64,000 bases of DNA, taken from NCBI GenBank assembly GCA_030704615.1, contig CM060732.1, positions 38,440,001 through 38,504,000 on the forward strand, written 5' to 3'. Positions 12,338 to 23,700 of the stretch are shown here, piece after piece (position 1 is the stretch's first letter; each line of letters begins with the position of its first letter). The notes beneath the pieces were generated by a model that did no database searches, had not been told where the DNA came from, and saw only the letters and a list, made by a program, of their open reading frames with translations. The DNA comes from Takakia lepidozioides (Eukaryota; Plantae; Bryophyta). Both the position numbers and the translations under genes were made by a program.

Positions 12338-14695
12338 ATGTATGGCATTCTAACTCAAAGTTTCGAGCTATGCAGGATGGCATTGAAGCAGACACAGTTC
12401 CTTGCTGGACATATGACTGGAAAGAAGGGTAGTACATTCAGTATCACAACTGCTTTTGAAAGAGAACCAAGAGAGCAAGTCGCTAAGATTTCTTCTGGAA
12501 ATTGTTGGGATGTGAGGATTCTATGTAAGGCAGGACAACTGAAAGATGCGGTGCAGATGTTGAACCATCCAGGCATTCAGGCAGACTCGAACACCTATGT
12601 GTGCCTCTTAGAGGAGTGTATCAACATGAAGGACTTGGGAGCTGGAAAGCAAGTGCACAGCAACATTATAAAGTGTGGATTCAAGCCAAACACCTTTCTA
12701 CTCAACACTCTTGTCAACATGTATGCCAAGTGTGGGAGCATTGCGGATGCACGCCTTGTGTTCGACAAAATGCCTGAACGAACTTTGTTCACTTGGACTA
12801 TAATGATGGCCGAATATGCCAGACATGGTTTTGGTAAGGAGGCTTTCAAGATCTATGACCAAATGCGATGGGAAGGGGTGACGCCTGACAAGGTCACTTT
12901 TATTTGCATACTCAATGCATGTGCCAGCCTACGAACTCTTGAAAAAGGAAGAAAGGTGCATGCTGACATCCTGAAATCTGGAATTGCGTCGTACGTAAAT
13001 TTGGAAAACACCCTTATCGACATGTATGCTAAATGCGGGAGCTCGAAAGATGCTCGTCAAGTGTTCAATGAGATGGCTGAACGAGATGTGGTCTCATGGA
13101 GCACAATGATAGCAGGATATGCCCAACATGGGTGTGGTAAGGAGGCTGTTATGATCTATGAGCAAATGGAACGGGAAGGGGTGATGCCTAACAGTATCAC
13201 TTTCATTTGTGTTCTCAATGCATGTGCCAGCTTAGGAGCACTGGAAAAGGGCAAGGAGGTCCATGCTGACATTATCAAATCTAAAATTTGTTCATATCTT
13301 AAGTTGGATAACACCCTTGTCGACATGTATGCTAAATGTGGGAGCATGAAGGATGCACATCAAGTGTTTGACAATATGGTTAAACGAAATGTGGTCTCAT
13401 GGAACACCATGATCACAGGATACACTCAGCATGGGTGTGGTAGGGAGGCTTTTAAAATCTATGAGCAAATGCGACAGGAAGGGGTGATTCCCAACAGGAT
13501 CACGTTCACTTGTGTTCTAAATGCGTGTGCCAGCCTAGGAGCCCTGGAAGAGGGCAAAAAGGTCCACGCTGACATCACCAAGTCTCACATTGCCCCAGAT
13601 CTCATCCTGGAGACTGCCCTTGCTGACATGTATGCCAAATGTGGGAGCATGCGGGATGCGCGTGAAGTGTTTGACAAAATGGTTAAACGAGATGTTGTGT
13701 CATGGAATGCAATGATTGCAGGATACACTCAGCAGGGGAGTGGTAGGGAGGCGTTCGACATCTATGAGCAGATGCAAGAGGCACGGGTGATGCCGAACAG
13801 GGTCACATTCATTTGCTTGCTCAATGTGTGTGCCAGTCTAGGAGCCCTGGAAAAGGGCAAGGAGGTCCATGCTGACATTGTCAGAGCTGGACTTGTGTCA
13901 TATATTAATTTGGAGAATGCCCTTGTTGACATGTATGCCAAATGTGGGAGCATAAAGGATGCACAGCAAGTGTTCAACAACATGTCTACACAAGATGTTG
14001 TTTCCTGGAACGCCATGATCACAGGATATGCTCAGCTTGGGTGTGGTAGGGAGGCTTTTGATTTCTATCAGGAAATGCAACGGAAAGGGGTGATGCCTGA
14101 CACAGTCACATTCACTTGCATTCTCAATGCGTGTTCCACTCTAGGAGCCCTGGAAAAGGGCAAAGAGGTCCATGCCGACATCGTCAGATCTGAGATTGCC
14201 TTCGATGTGAACTTAGAGACTGCCCTTATTGAAATGTATGCCAAATGTGGGAGCATAAAGGATGCGCGTCATGTGTTTGACAATATGGCTAAACAAGATT
14301 TGATCTCATGCAGTGTGATGCTTGCAGGATGTGCCCAGCATGGGTTTGGTAGGGAGGCTTTGCAACTATTTGAACAGATGCAACAGGATGGCTTAAAGCC
14401 AAATGCGATCACTTTTATATCTCTTCTCTCTGCATGTAGCCATGTGGGCCTACTGGATGAAGGCCGTCACTACTTTGATTCCATGAGTCGGGATCATGGC
14501 ATCACTCCTACAGTGGAGCATTTTGGTTGCATTGTGAACCTTCTTGGCCGTGCAGGGCGACTGGATGAGGCAGAGGACTTCATGAACAAAATGCCTATAA
14601 ATCCAGATGCAGGAGTGTGGAGGGCCTTGCTTGGTGCCTGCAGAAAACATGGCAATGTTGAGGCAGCAGAACTTGCGGCAAAAAACATTATCTAG
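12338..14695 (+). CDS. PLS-class PPR protein, paralogue 2; intact leader and 20 motifs, truncated in the E domain
   Basis: 785-aa ORF with the same architecture as paralogue 1. It ends at a TAG where paralogue 1 has AAG (near the end of E1). Confidence 0.9.
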   Translation: MYGILTQSFELCRMALKQTQFLAGHMTGKKGSTFSITTAFEREPREQVAKISSGNCWDVRILCKAGQLKDAVQMLNHPGIQADSNTYVCLLEECINMKDLGAGKQVHSNIIKCGFKPNTFLLNTLVNMYAKCGSIADARLVFDKMPERTLFTWTIMMAEYARHGFGKEAFKIYDQMRWEGVTPDKVTFICILNACASLRTLEKGRKVHADILKSGIASYVNLENTLIDMYAKCGSSKDARQVFNEMAERDVVSWSTMIAGYAQHGCGKEAVMIYEQMEREGVMPNSITFICVLNACASLGALEKGKEVHADIIKSKICSYLKLDNTLVDMYAKCGSMKDAHQVFDNMVKRNVVSWNTMITGYTQHGCGREAFKIYEQMRQEGVIPNRITFTCVLNACASLGALEEGKKVHADITKSHIAPDLILETALADMYAKCGSMRDAREVFDKMVKRDVVSWNAMIAGYTQQGSGREAFDIYEQMQEARVMPNRVTFICLLNVCASLGALEKGKEVHADIVRAGLVSYINLENALVDMYAKCGSIKDAQQVFNNMSTQDVVSWNAMITGYAQLGCGREAFDFYQEMQRKGVMPDTVTFTCILNACSTLGALEKGKEVHADIVRSEIAFDVNLETALIEMYAKCGSIKDARHVFDNMAKQDLISCSVMLAGCAQHGFGREALQLFEQMQQDGLKPNAITFISLLSACSHVGLLDEGRHYFDSMSRDHGITPTVEHFGCIVNLLGRAGRLDEAEDFMNKMPINPDAGVWRALLGACRKHGNVEAAELAAKNII

Positions 14696-15509
14696 GGGGA
14701 TAGCAGCATGCTGTGCTGCTGTCAAACATCTATGCTGCAGCTGGCAGTTTGGACAACAGAGCAAAGGTGAGGAAACTGACGGAGGACAGGTGTCACAAAA
14801 GGAGCCCGTTGTCAGTACAACCAGACGGGGACGAACAGGTGCAGGAGGGGGTTACCTACTGGTGAACTCTTTAACTCCTTGAGGTTACTCAGATTGATTC
14901 ATGGTCTCCGTTTGCATACATTAAGGTGCTAATGCGATCTGCGCAGGCACTTCTATGAACAACAGGACTTGGTCAGATTCTGTAGTTCTGCTTCTGGGTT
15001 CGAGCTCCATCAGGTCCCTGTTACGGTTCTCTGTCTACTGCAATGTACTGTCTGTACATATACACAGGGATGAATAGGCCCGAGGATGAGCTACCTGCTG
15101 GTGACCTCCCATAGGTCCTTGTGACTACTCAAATTTAACCAGGATTTCTAAGGCAGTAAGCTACAAGGATCCCTGCTCTGTTTGCTGTACATACATTTGT
15201 TGTAGAAGGCAGTTTCCGTACCCAAATTGAGGAAATTCATGCTAAGCTGAAGCAATTGTCCAGGAGGATGGAAGTTGCATATGTGGCTGACACACATGCT
15301 TGTCATTGCATCATTTGCCACCACAGTGAGAAGCTAGCCATTGCTTTTGCGCTCATCAGAAGACCACCTTGGGACGCCTATCCACATCATCAGTGTGGTG
15401 ACTGCCACACTGCCACCAAGTTCATCTCGAAGACTGTTGGACGCGTAGTTATTGTATGCAAGGCCAACTGCTTTCACCACGTCCAAGATGGTTTGGGGAT
15501 TACCAGTAA
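14696..15509 (+). pseudogene. Decayed E2/DYW tail of paralogue 2, interrupted by a ~380 bp insertion at the PG box
   Basis: Remnants LLSNIYAAAG, VTKEP, HTFVVE, CHHSEKLAIAFALI, CGDCHTATKFISKTVGR, FHHVQDG and GDYQ*, with deletions and frameshifts. Confidence 0.85.
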
Positions 15510-17025
15510 ACCACATACTACTTGTGGGGGCAAGCAGGATATTGTAGCTTAGCCATATGCAAGTAGTATGAAGGAAGATTCCCTTCATGTTCTCTTACAT
15601 GTCAAGCATGTAACGTCTACCAGCTCAGTAGTTTGGCACCTGCAATGCAAACCAAAATCACTGGATGTCCAGGAGGTTACCCCAAAATCAGCATGAATAC
15701 AATTAGGATGAATTACAAACACGGTGAACTTTCTTTCTGTCAAGAATCTCTGTCTGTGAGGTGTGCAGCTTCACAGACCAACGCAGACAGTGAAATGCAG
15801 TGACCATATCTCTATTTGGTGTCCTTGCAAGCTAGGAGGGCAAAAGCTTTTGACAAATTTGAGATTTGGCAGGCAATCAGAGCTAGTGTGATTAATAAGC
15901 ATAACCTGTAAACTTTCTTTGTAGTTTGTGACGGCCACGGAAGGAGAGACGGAAAGAACTTCATCGATCCCAGGACAAAGTACTGAGAATGACAAGAAAT
16001 GCTTCAGAGACGATCAAGCGATGCCCAAAACCCCGTGTGTGTGTAAGTGAGAGAGAGAGAGAGAAGAGATGGTTTGTGTGCATCCTTTGGGATAGACAAG
16101 TGACGCTATACATACACAAGTTCGAAGAGGCGGTTGTGGAATTTCTAGCTAGAGACCGACTGACTGCAGTCCGGCTTGGGGAATTGATTGTTGGTGGAGC
16201 ACACTATGTTGAGTAGAGCACTGCTAGCCTAGCCCCCATCCGAGATAGACAGTGCCCTGTGGGTGTGATGGCCGTGTTTCGCTCGACTGCAAGAGAGGGA
16301 GGCTTACTCCGCGGGAAGGCTACATTTATTTTCTTTCCTCATTTTGACCGAGGCATTTCGGAACTGTTCAAGGTAGATGTCATAGTGGTGTTCGCATGCA
16401 CCATGTAATGAGCCTGCAACAGGTCTGGCAGGAGTGCCTTCGCAGTGGTAGGACAACAGGTCTAATAAGGTGAGAAGGGAGCTCTGTTTCTACCCAATCA
16501 CTGAAGCTTTGAAAAGCTGGACGATTGTATTGTACTCTGCTTGATGGTTTCGGTTGCTTTGATTGATGTCGAGTCAAAGATCTTTTTTGCTTCACATGCC
16601 GTAGTGGTTTCTATTCAGTTGGTGTTGAGACAATGCTCACAGAGCTTTCAATCTTGTTTGTAGCATGGTCGTTTGAGGTTATGATTAAATCTATATCTTC
16701 TCAGCTGCGAAATACTGGTTTTGACAGAAAACTCCAAGATCGCCAATTTTCAATCGTAAGCGCACAAACGAGGTGCTTACATGGATTGTCCGTCACATCC
16801 TCTTTCGGTGATAGCAGAAATAGCTTGTCGAGCACAATCTGATGACTGGGTTTCAGGCCGAGGATTTTACAGGTATTGCTCCTATGGTGATTCAATGGTC
16901 GCAGTTCAAATGAATTGGTACAGTCATTCTCAAGGTAGGTGTCTTGAGTAGTTTTGTAGCCATGTTCATGTGTAGCGTAGAGATACTTTCTGGAGCTAGA
17001 AGATATACTATGTGCTTGAGTGTCA

Positions 17026-19434
17026 ATGTTTGCAACTAAAATTTTTGAGTCATGTAGAGTGGCAGGGTTGAATCATGCAAAGTTGTTTATTGGACATGAG
17101 ACTGGCTGCAAGTGTATGCGCACCATCACCACAGAGGCAGTCAACAACAAAATTTCTGGTACTTGTGGGCATACAAGGACTCTCTGTCTGGCAGGAGAAA
17201 TGAAAGAGACGCCGCACATTTTCAATCAACGAGGCATTGAGGCAGATTCGAACACGTATGTATGTCTCTTGCAGGAGTGCATCAACATGAAAGACCTAGC
17301 AAAGGGGAAACAGGTGCATGCCCACATTATCCGAAGTGGATTTTTTCCAAACGTTTCTCTTCTTAACACCCTTGTCAACATGTATGCCAAGTGCGGGAGT
17401 CTGGTGGATGCACGGCAAGTCTTTGACAGAATGCCTGACCGAAGTTTGTTTACTTGGACTATAATGATGGCAGGATACGCAAAGCATGGGCATGCTGAGG
17501 AGGCTTTCAAAATTTATGAGCAGATGCAATGCGAGGGGGTGACCCCTGATAGGGTCACATTTATTTGCATTCTCAATGCGTGTGCTAAGCTAGGAGCCGT
17601 GGAAAAAGGCAAAGAGGTCCATGCTGCCATCATCAAAGCTGGAATTGCTGACTATGTAAATTTGGAGACTGCCCTTATCGCCATGTATGCCAAATGCGGG
17701 TGCATGCAGGATGCACGTAAAGTGTTCGACAAAATGTCTGAAAGAGATGTGGTCTCATGGAATGCCATAATCGCAGGATATGCTCAGCATGAGTGTGGTA
17801 GAGAAGCTTTCGATATGTACGACCAAATGCAATGTGAAGGGGTGAACCCCAATAGTGTTACATTCATTTCTGTTCTCAGTGCCTGTGCCAAACTAGGAGC
17901 CCTGAAAAAGGGCAAAGAGGTGCATTCTGACATTATCAGAGCTGGAATTGTGTCGTCTATTAATTTGGAGAATACCCTTGTCGATATGTATGCCAAGTGC
18001 GGGAGCATGAAAGATGCAGAGAGAGTCTTCAACCATATGGCAAAACGAGATGTGGTCTCATGGAACGTCATGATCACAGGATATGCTCATCATGACTATG
18101 GTAGGGAGGCTTTCAAGATCTATGATCAAATGCGACAGGAAGGGGTGATGCCCAGCAGGATCACTTTCATTTGCCTCCTAAATGCATGTGCCAACGTAGG
18201 AGCCCTGGAAAAGGCCAAAGAGGTCCATGCAGACATCCTCAAAGTTGGAATTCCATCATATATTAAATTGGAGAATACTCTTGTGGACATTTATGGAAAA
18301 TGTGGGAGCATTAAGGATGCGCGTGAAGTGTTCAATAATATGGCTATACGAGATGTCGTCTCATGGAGTGCACTTATTGCAGGATATGTTCAGCAGGGGT
18401 GTGGTATGGAGGCTTTCAAGCTCTATGAGCAAATGCAACAGGAAGGTGTTACACCTGACAGGGTCACGTTCAACTGCGCTCTCAATGCTTGTGCCATTCT
18501 AGGAGTTCTGGAAAAGGGCAAGCAGGTCCATGCTGACATCATCCAATCGGGAATTGGTTCAGATGTGAATTTGGAGAATACCCTCGTCAACATGTATGCC
18601 AAATGCGGTAGCACCAAGGATGCGCATCAAGTTTTTGATAATATGACACAACAAGATGTTGTCTCCTGGAACGCCATGATTGCAGCGTATGCTCAGCATA
18701 GGTCTGATAAGGAGGCTTTTAAAATGTTCGAAGAAATGCAATGGAAAGGGGTGACACCTGACAGGTTCACGTTCACTTGTGTTCTCAATGTATGTGCCAG
18801 CCTAGGAGCCCTGGAAAAGGGCAAAGAGGTGCATGCAGACATTATGAAATATGGTATTGCATCAGATATTAATTTGGAGACGTCACTTGTTGAAATGTAT
18901 GCCAAATGTGGGAGCATAAAGGATGCGCATCAAGTCTTTGACAACATGGGTAAACGAGATGTGGTCTCATGGAGTGCTATGATTGCAGGATATTCCCAGC
19001 ATGGGTGTGGTAGGGAGGCCCTTCAACTAATTGAACAAATGCAACAGGAAGGATTAAAGCCCAATGGTATTACCTTTATGTCCCTTCTATCTGCATGTGG
19101 CCGAGTGGGCCTACTAGATGAAGGCCGCCACTACTTTCATTCCATGACGCGAGATCATGGCCTCACTCCTACATTAGAGCATTTTGGTTGCATGGTGGAC
19201 CTTCTTGGCCGTGCAGGACGTTTGGTTGAAGCAGAGCATTTGATTGACAAAATACCAATGAAACCAGATTCTGGAGTGTGGAGGGCTTTGCTTGGTGCCT
19301 GCAGAACTCATGGCAATGTGCAGCTAGCAGAACGTGCAACCAAAAGCATTCTTAAGACTGATCCACAGCACACTGCAGCTAGTGCTGCTGTCGAACGTTT
19401 ATGCTGCAGCTCGCAGATAGGACAAAAGGGCTAA
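17026..19434 (+). CDS. PLS-class PPR protein, paralogue 3; intact leader and 20 motifs, frameshifted at the start of E2
   Basis: ~802-aa ORF from ATG 17026. A 2-nt loss at ~19381 (gct a gtg ctg ctg tcg aac versus act tat gtg tta ctc tcg aat in paralogue 1) gives a non-homologous tail. Confidence 0.9.
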   Translation: MFATKIFESCRVAGLNHAKLFIGHETGCKCMRTITTEAVNNKISGTCGHTRTLCLAGEMKETPHIFNQRGIEADSNTYVCLLQECINMKDLAKGKQVHAHIIRSGFFPNVSLLNTLVNMYAKCGSLVDARQVFDRMPDRSLFTWTIMMAGYAKHGHAEEAFKIYEQMQCEGVTPDRVTFICILNACAKLGAVEKGKEVHAAIIKAGIADYVNLETALIAMYAKCGCMQDARKVFDKMSERDVVSWNAIIAGYAQHECGREAFDMYDQMQCEGVNPNSVTFISVLSACAKLGALKKGKEVHSDIIRAGIVSSINLENTLVDMYAKCGSMKDAERVFNHMAKRDVVSWNVMITGYAHHDYGREAFKIYDQMRQEGVMPSRITFICLLNACANVGALEKAKEVHADILKVGIPSYIKLENTLVDIYGKCGSIKDAREVFNNMAIRDVVSWSALIAGYVQQGCGMEAFKLYEQMQQEGVTPDRVTFNCALNACAILGVLEKGKQVHADIIQSGIGSDVNLENTLVNMYAKCGSTKDAHQVFDNMTQQDVVSWNAMIAAYAQHRSDKEAFKMFEEMQWKGVTPDRFTFTCVLNVCASLGALEKGKEVHADIMKYGIASDINLETSLVEMYAKCGSIKDAHQVFDNMGKRDVVSWSAMIAGYSQHGCGREALQLIEQMQQEGLKPNGITFMSLLSACGRVGLLDEGRHYFHSMTRDHGLTPTLEHFGCMVDLLGRAGRLVEAEHLIDKIPMKPDSGVWRALLGACRTHGNVQLAERATKSILKTDPQHTAASAAVERLCCSSQIGQKG

Positions 19435-19776
19435 GGTCAGAAAATTTATGGAAGTTATAAATGTCAGAAATGTACCAGGGCAGAGCAGCAGGTGGACAAC
19501 CAGGTGCATACATGACAGATGCTTAGCATTGCATGATTTGAAAGGAGCAGAAGGAATTTTCTTTGTGCCAGCACAGTGAGAAGCTGGCCATTTCTTCTTG
19601 GCTCATCAGCACACCCCCTCAAGCGCCTATCCATGTCATTATTCATTACATACTGTTAGGTGTGTGAAACTGCCATACCACTTTTGACGATTGTTGGGCG
19701 GCAAGTCGTTGTACAGGATACCAACCACTTTCACCACTTCCAAGATATGGCTTGTTCTTTTGGGGATTACTGGTGA
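19381..19776 (+). pseudogene. Decayed E2/DYW tail of paralogue 3
   Basis: Remnants VLLSNVYAAA, an in-frame TAG, PGQS, VDNQVHT, CQHSEKLAI, CH, FHHFQD and final GDYW*(ggggattactggtga), with several deletions. Confidence 0.85.
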
Positions 19777-20745
19777 CAGCAACAATATGTTCAGATTCAA
19801 GCTGGAGATTAACTGATCCTCGGTCTGTTATTTCAGTCTGTTCAAATTCAAGCTGGAGAGGCTGTGAAATGGACATTGGTTCCATTGTGTGAAGTAAGCT
19901 CCCAGTTTTGCCCTCATAGTTGGGTGATTGGTTGAGATTATATCTGAAGAGCACGCAACTCAAAAGGTCTCCATTATTGAGTAGTCAGTCAGCTTGTTGA
20001 GATGGAGAGCCCATGAGTTTCAGCCAGCTTCTGGTGGAGTCAAGATGGTTTCACCTAGGCTCTGAGGACCAGACTTCAGTCTTAAGGCAGTCCCGCGATT
20101 GTGGTGGCTTATGCAAGCTAGCCTGCTGCATCTCTCTTACACCACCTGCCAAAGACAACAAGTACCTGTAGTTCAGGGCCTGTTGATCCAGGTTAGACTG
20201 GTAGATATTCAAAAGACAGCTATGGAACCGACCCAAAACGTCAGCTTTTGACAGTACATATTTTGACCAAGCTTATGATCTCATGGCCAAGCTCGCAGAT
20301 CTCCACCCGTTTTCCTCAGTTTGTGTCCATTCCGAGTGCTGCTGAAAGTGTGTTGGACTTAGCAACCTTCTACTTGAGACAAAGTATACTTTATAGAGCA
20401 GTGCACAATTCTAAAAACCGCGGTGCCAGTCAAGATATATTTTGGTGGACCTCAAATCATTACAACCTTAAGTTCATATATCAGCAAGAGTTTTTGGTAA
20501 GATGCTTGAATCTGGGTGATGACAGATCACTACCAAATAGAACTGACTCATCCCTCAAGCCATACTCCAGCACTCAGCTACTCTAGCCACAATGTTCAAC
20601 ATTCTTGTCAGTCCACAGGCAAAATGTGGTGGTTATAAATCTGGTGCAATTTGGCAGTCAAAAAGTCTCAGCACAAAGTCCACATAATGTAACACCATCT
20701 CATTATCAAAAACTTTAGAGATGAGAATTCTACATTCATAACTTC

Positions 20746-23700
20746 CTAACGATCCTCTTGCTTTTGTTTCTTCCTCTTCTTCTTCTCAGTGACAGGGGTT
20801 GCAGTTGCTTCGGAAACAATGGGTATGGCAGCTGCCTCGGCACTTTGCACTCTCTTCTTCTTTTTCTTCTTCTCTTGTGGGGCTTCATCTGCTCCTTGTC
20901 CATTAGCTGTGGACGTCACCACAGGCACTTTCTCTTCCTTATCTTTTCCATTGGCTACTGGCAGAGTGCTGTCTGTGCCATTTGCTTCTGCGCCCTTGCT
21001 CTTTTTCTTCTTCTTTTTCTTCTCACCATCTGTAACCACCCCAGCAATCATTAAGACATGCCTCATATCTAAAACTGGTGCAAAATGATTGGATGTTTTG
21101 GATGCAGAAAACTCACTTTCGGGCAACTCTGGCTCAGCATCTGGCATAGCTTGGTCCACTGGTTCATCTACTTTTGGAGTGACAGCGCTCCCATTCTCAA
21201 CATTTTTTATGGCGTCTTTCATCACATCAATGTTTTTGCGGGGCGCAATACCCTTGTCGTAAAAGTCAAGTCGTTCTTCCACTTGTTCCCGTAACTTCTC
21301 CCCAAATACACTTGTATTTGTCTCTGTGCCCACACACCCCAATCCTCTAGTATTACAGACATGCAAATGCTTGTCTGAAGATACAGGTGAGAGACAAGGA
21401 GATGAGGTCACACCAGAAAGCTCTGTACCAACAAATAGGAAGCCTAAGAGAAAATCACTGCAATCATCTTCAGCAAATCTCACAACATAAGCCTATGAAG
21501 TGGAAGTTACAATGCATCATGAAGAGTCCTACAGAACAAGAGACAGGAAAAGCAAGCCCCGACCTGAGAAGCAGTCAATACGAGAAGCAATTGAGCATTT
21601 GTTTGCCAGATAGCGAGAAATGCGACCCTTGTTCTTAGTGCTTGCCCTTCCAATAAATGAGGAATGGAAGATCAGGCCATACTTTGGTGTATTGCCTTTT
21701 GTCTTCAGAGCCCTACACAGGTCCCCACAATACACAATATTATACTTCAGCCTCCAAATCAGCCCTAAAGCCTTAGAATGTACTCATAAGACGCTGTTTG
21801 CAGGCCTTGTCGCCCTAGAGAGAGAGAGAGAGTCCCTAGTTCCAGAACATGCTTTGCCAACTCCACCTCCAGGAAGATCAACACATGCCTACATCCATCT
21901 TTACAAATCCTCCAGATTTCAATGCAAGAAACAAATGCCGGAAGGGTGGCACAAGGGATACCTGAATAAGGCCTTCTCAGCACCCAGAATCTGCACGGTT
22001 GATGCTGGGTACTTGGCTAGATTAGTGAGACTGCCAGCATGCGAGATTAGGCGGGCCCCAACCATCTCACCAATCAGCACTGCCAAATTTGGGGCCACAT
22101 CTTGCATCCTCGACAACAGATAGGAGTGCAATTGCTTGCGATACTCTACCAGAGCTATCACCCTTAGTGCAAACATTTCAATGTTTATCAAATCGATTGG
22201 TGATATGTCTTGTCCTGCATTTGAACCCCGACAAATAAGAAATGAGCTTAGTCCCTCGCATTGTTTCCTCTTTGTTCCTTTTCTCAGAAATTTCCAGCAC
22301 CATGCCGGGGTGCTGATAGAAAATTACCTACCTGAATCAAAAGTTACAAGACTCGACTCAGCACCTTAAAAGTGTGCATCTTCAACTACCAGAGACAAAA
22401 ACAACCACACCTTTTTTCACATGGAGTCAAGTGTCGTAAACCAAGGCGGCCCTTCATAACAATAGAAGGTCCTAACAAGATTATCTAGAAGGCTGAAGTT
22501 CAAGTGCAGGAACGAGAAGTGGGTGACGGTAGTGGGTGCCCTATCCAGTGTCTTCCTGTGCTCCCTCTCACACCCTTACTGTCTGTGGAAACTGGCCAGA
22601 GGACTCCAGATAGTCTTCTGAAGACAATCTTACCACATTGATGATTCAAAAATGTAAAAAAACATTGTCTAGCAAAACATCTCGGTGGAAGTAATTTCAA
22701 CTAACTAGAACAATACTCACCCGGATGATCCCACAAAGTGGAGGTCTGAATCAGCCAGTAAATTACATCACTTCTGTTCAGAGATCCAACTTTTAACTTC
22801 AATTTCTCGAGAATCAATAATGATGTCAAAGTAAGTTACCACTCCAAAGCCAGAGGTTGAATGGTAAGAACTTACCCATCGAGGATTTGGCAGCCTCTAT
22901 GACCTCACGAGCCTTGTCTTCGTCACCTGTGATCTCAGAAATCTCTGACAATACATCAACAGTGAGTGATGTCTTGTCCTTCACAAACTTAACTAGTTTA
23001 GTGTACATGTAATTGTCGTTGACAATTTTCACCAGCTCTGGAAAATGCCATGAGTACCACTCCCTGCACCACCCACCACGGCATCAGCACCCTTCATTGC
23101 TGGCAACCTGCAATTTGATTTGAAACCATTTTCAAATAGTAGAACAAACCTACCAACACAAATGGTGCGCTTGTAACTAGCATGGCAACACTGACTGAGA
23201 CACTAGCAGTACACAGGGAAACCCTTACGAACTAGATGGCAAACTCAGAAAAGGAAGATATCCACCAGGAAACCCAACTGAATGAGAAAGGTCAAATCAT
23301 GATTAAGGATAAAAAAGGGCACTCTTGCTCAAATTTGCAAAGACAAGTATTTTGGAAGTGTATCTTTCCTCTCCAGTGCACTTTCCAGACTGGGTTCAGC
23401 ATTGGCAAGGTGGCAGTAAGCCAGGGATTTCTACCACTACCAGCTTAACCCACCCATGGCCAACATGGCTTCAATATGTTGGTGGTCACCTGACACGCAT
23501 GCAAAAAGTGTTGATATCCTTGTCAAGGGTATCCAGCAAGCTTATGCTTTGGATAATCATGTTATCTACTCGGTTCACATTGAACTTCACTTTGCTGCGA
23601 CTGTAGCTGTGACCCAGCCCAAGCTGTGCCTTCTCCAGATCTCCATCCTGCCAAAATGACCCTTTACAATCTTCATGAGTGGAGTACAGGGACAGAATAG

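Noticed and set aside
2221-18917. Many short minus-strand ORFs starting MLPHLAY
   Set aside because: They are antisense shadows of the repeated PPR motifs.
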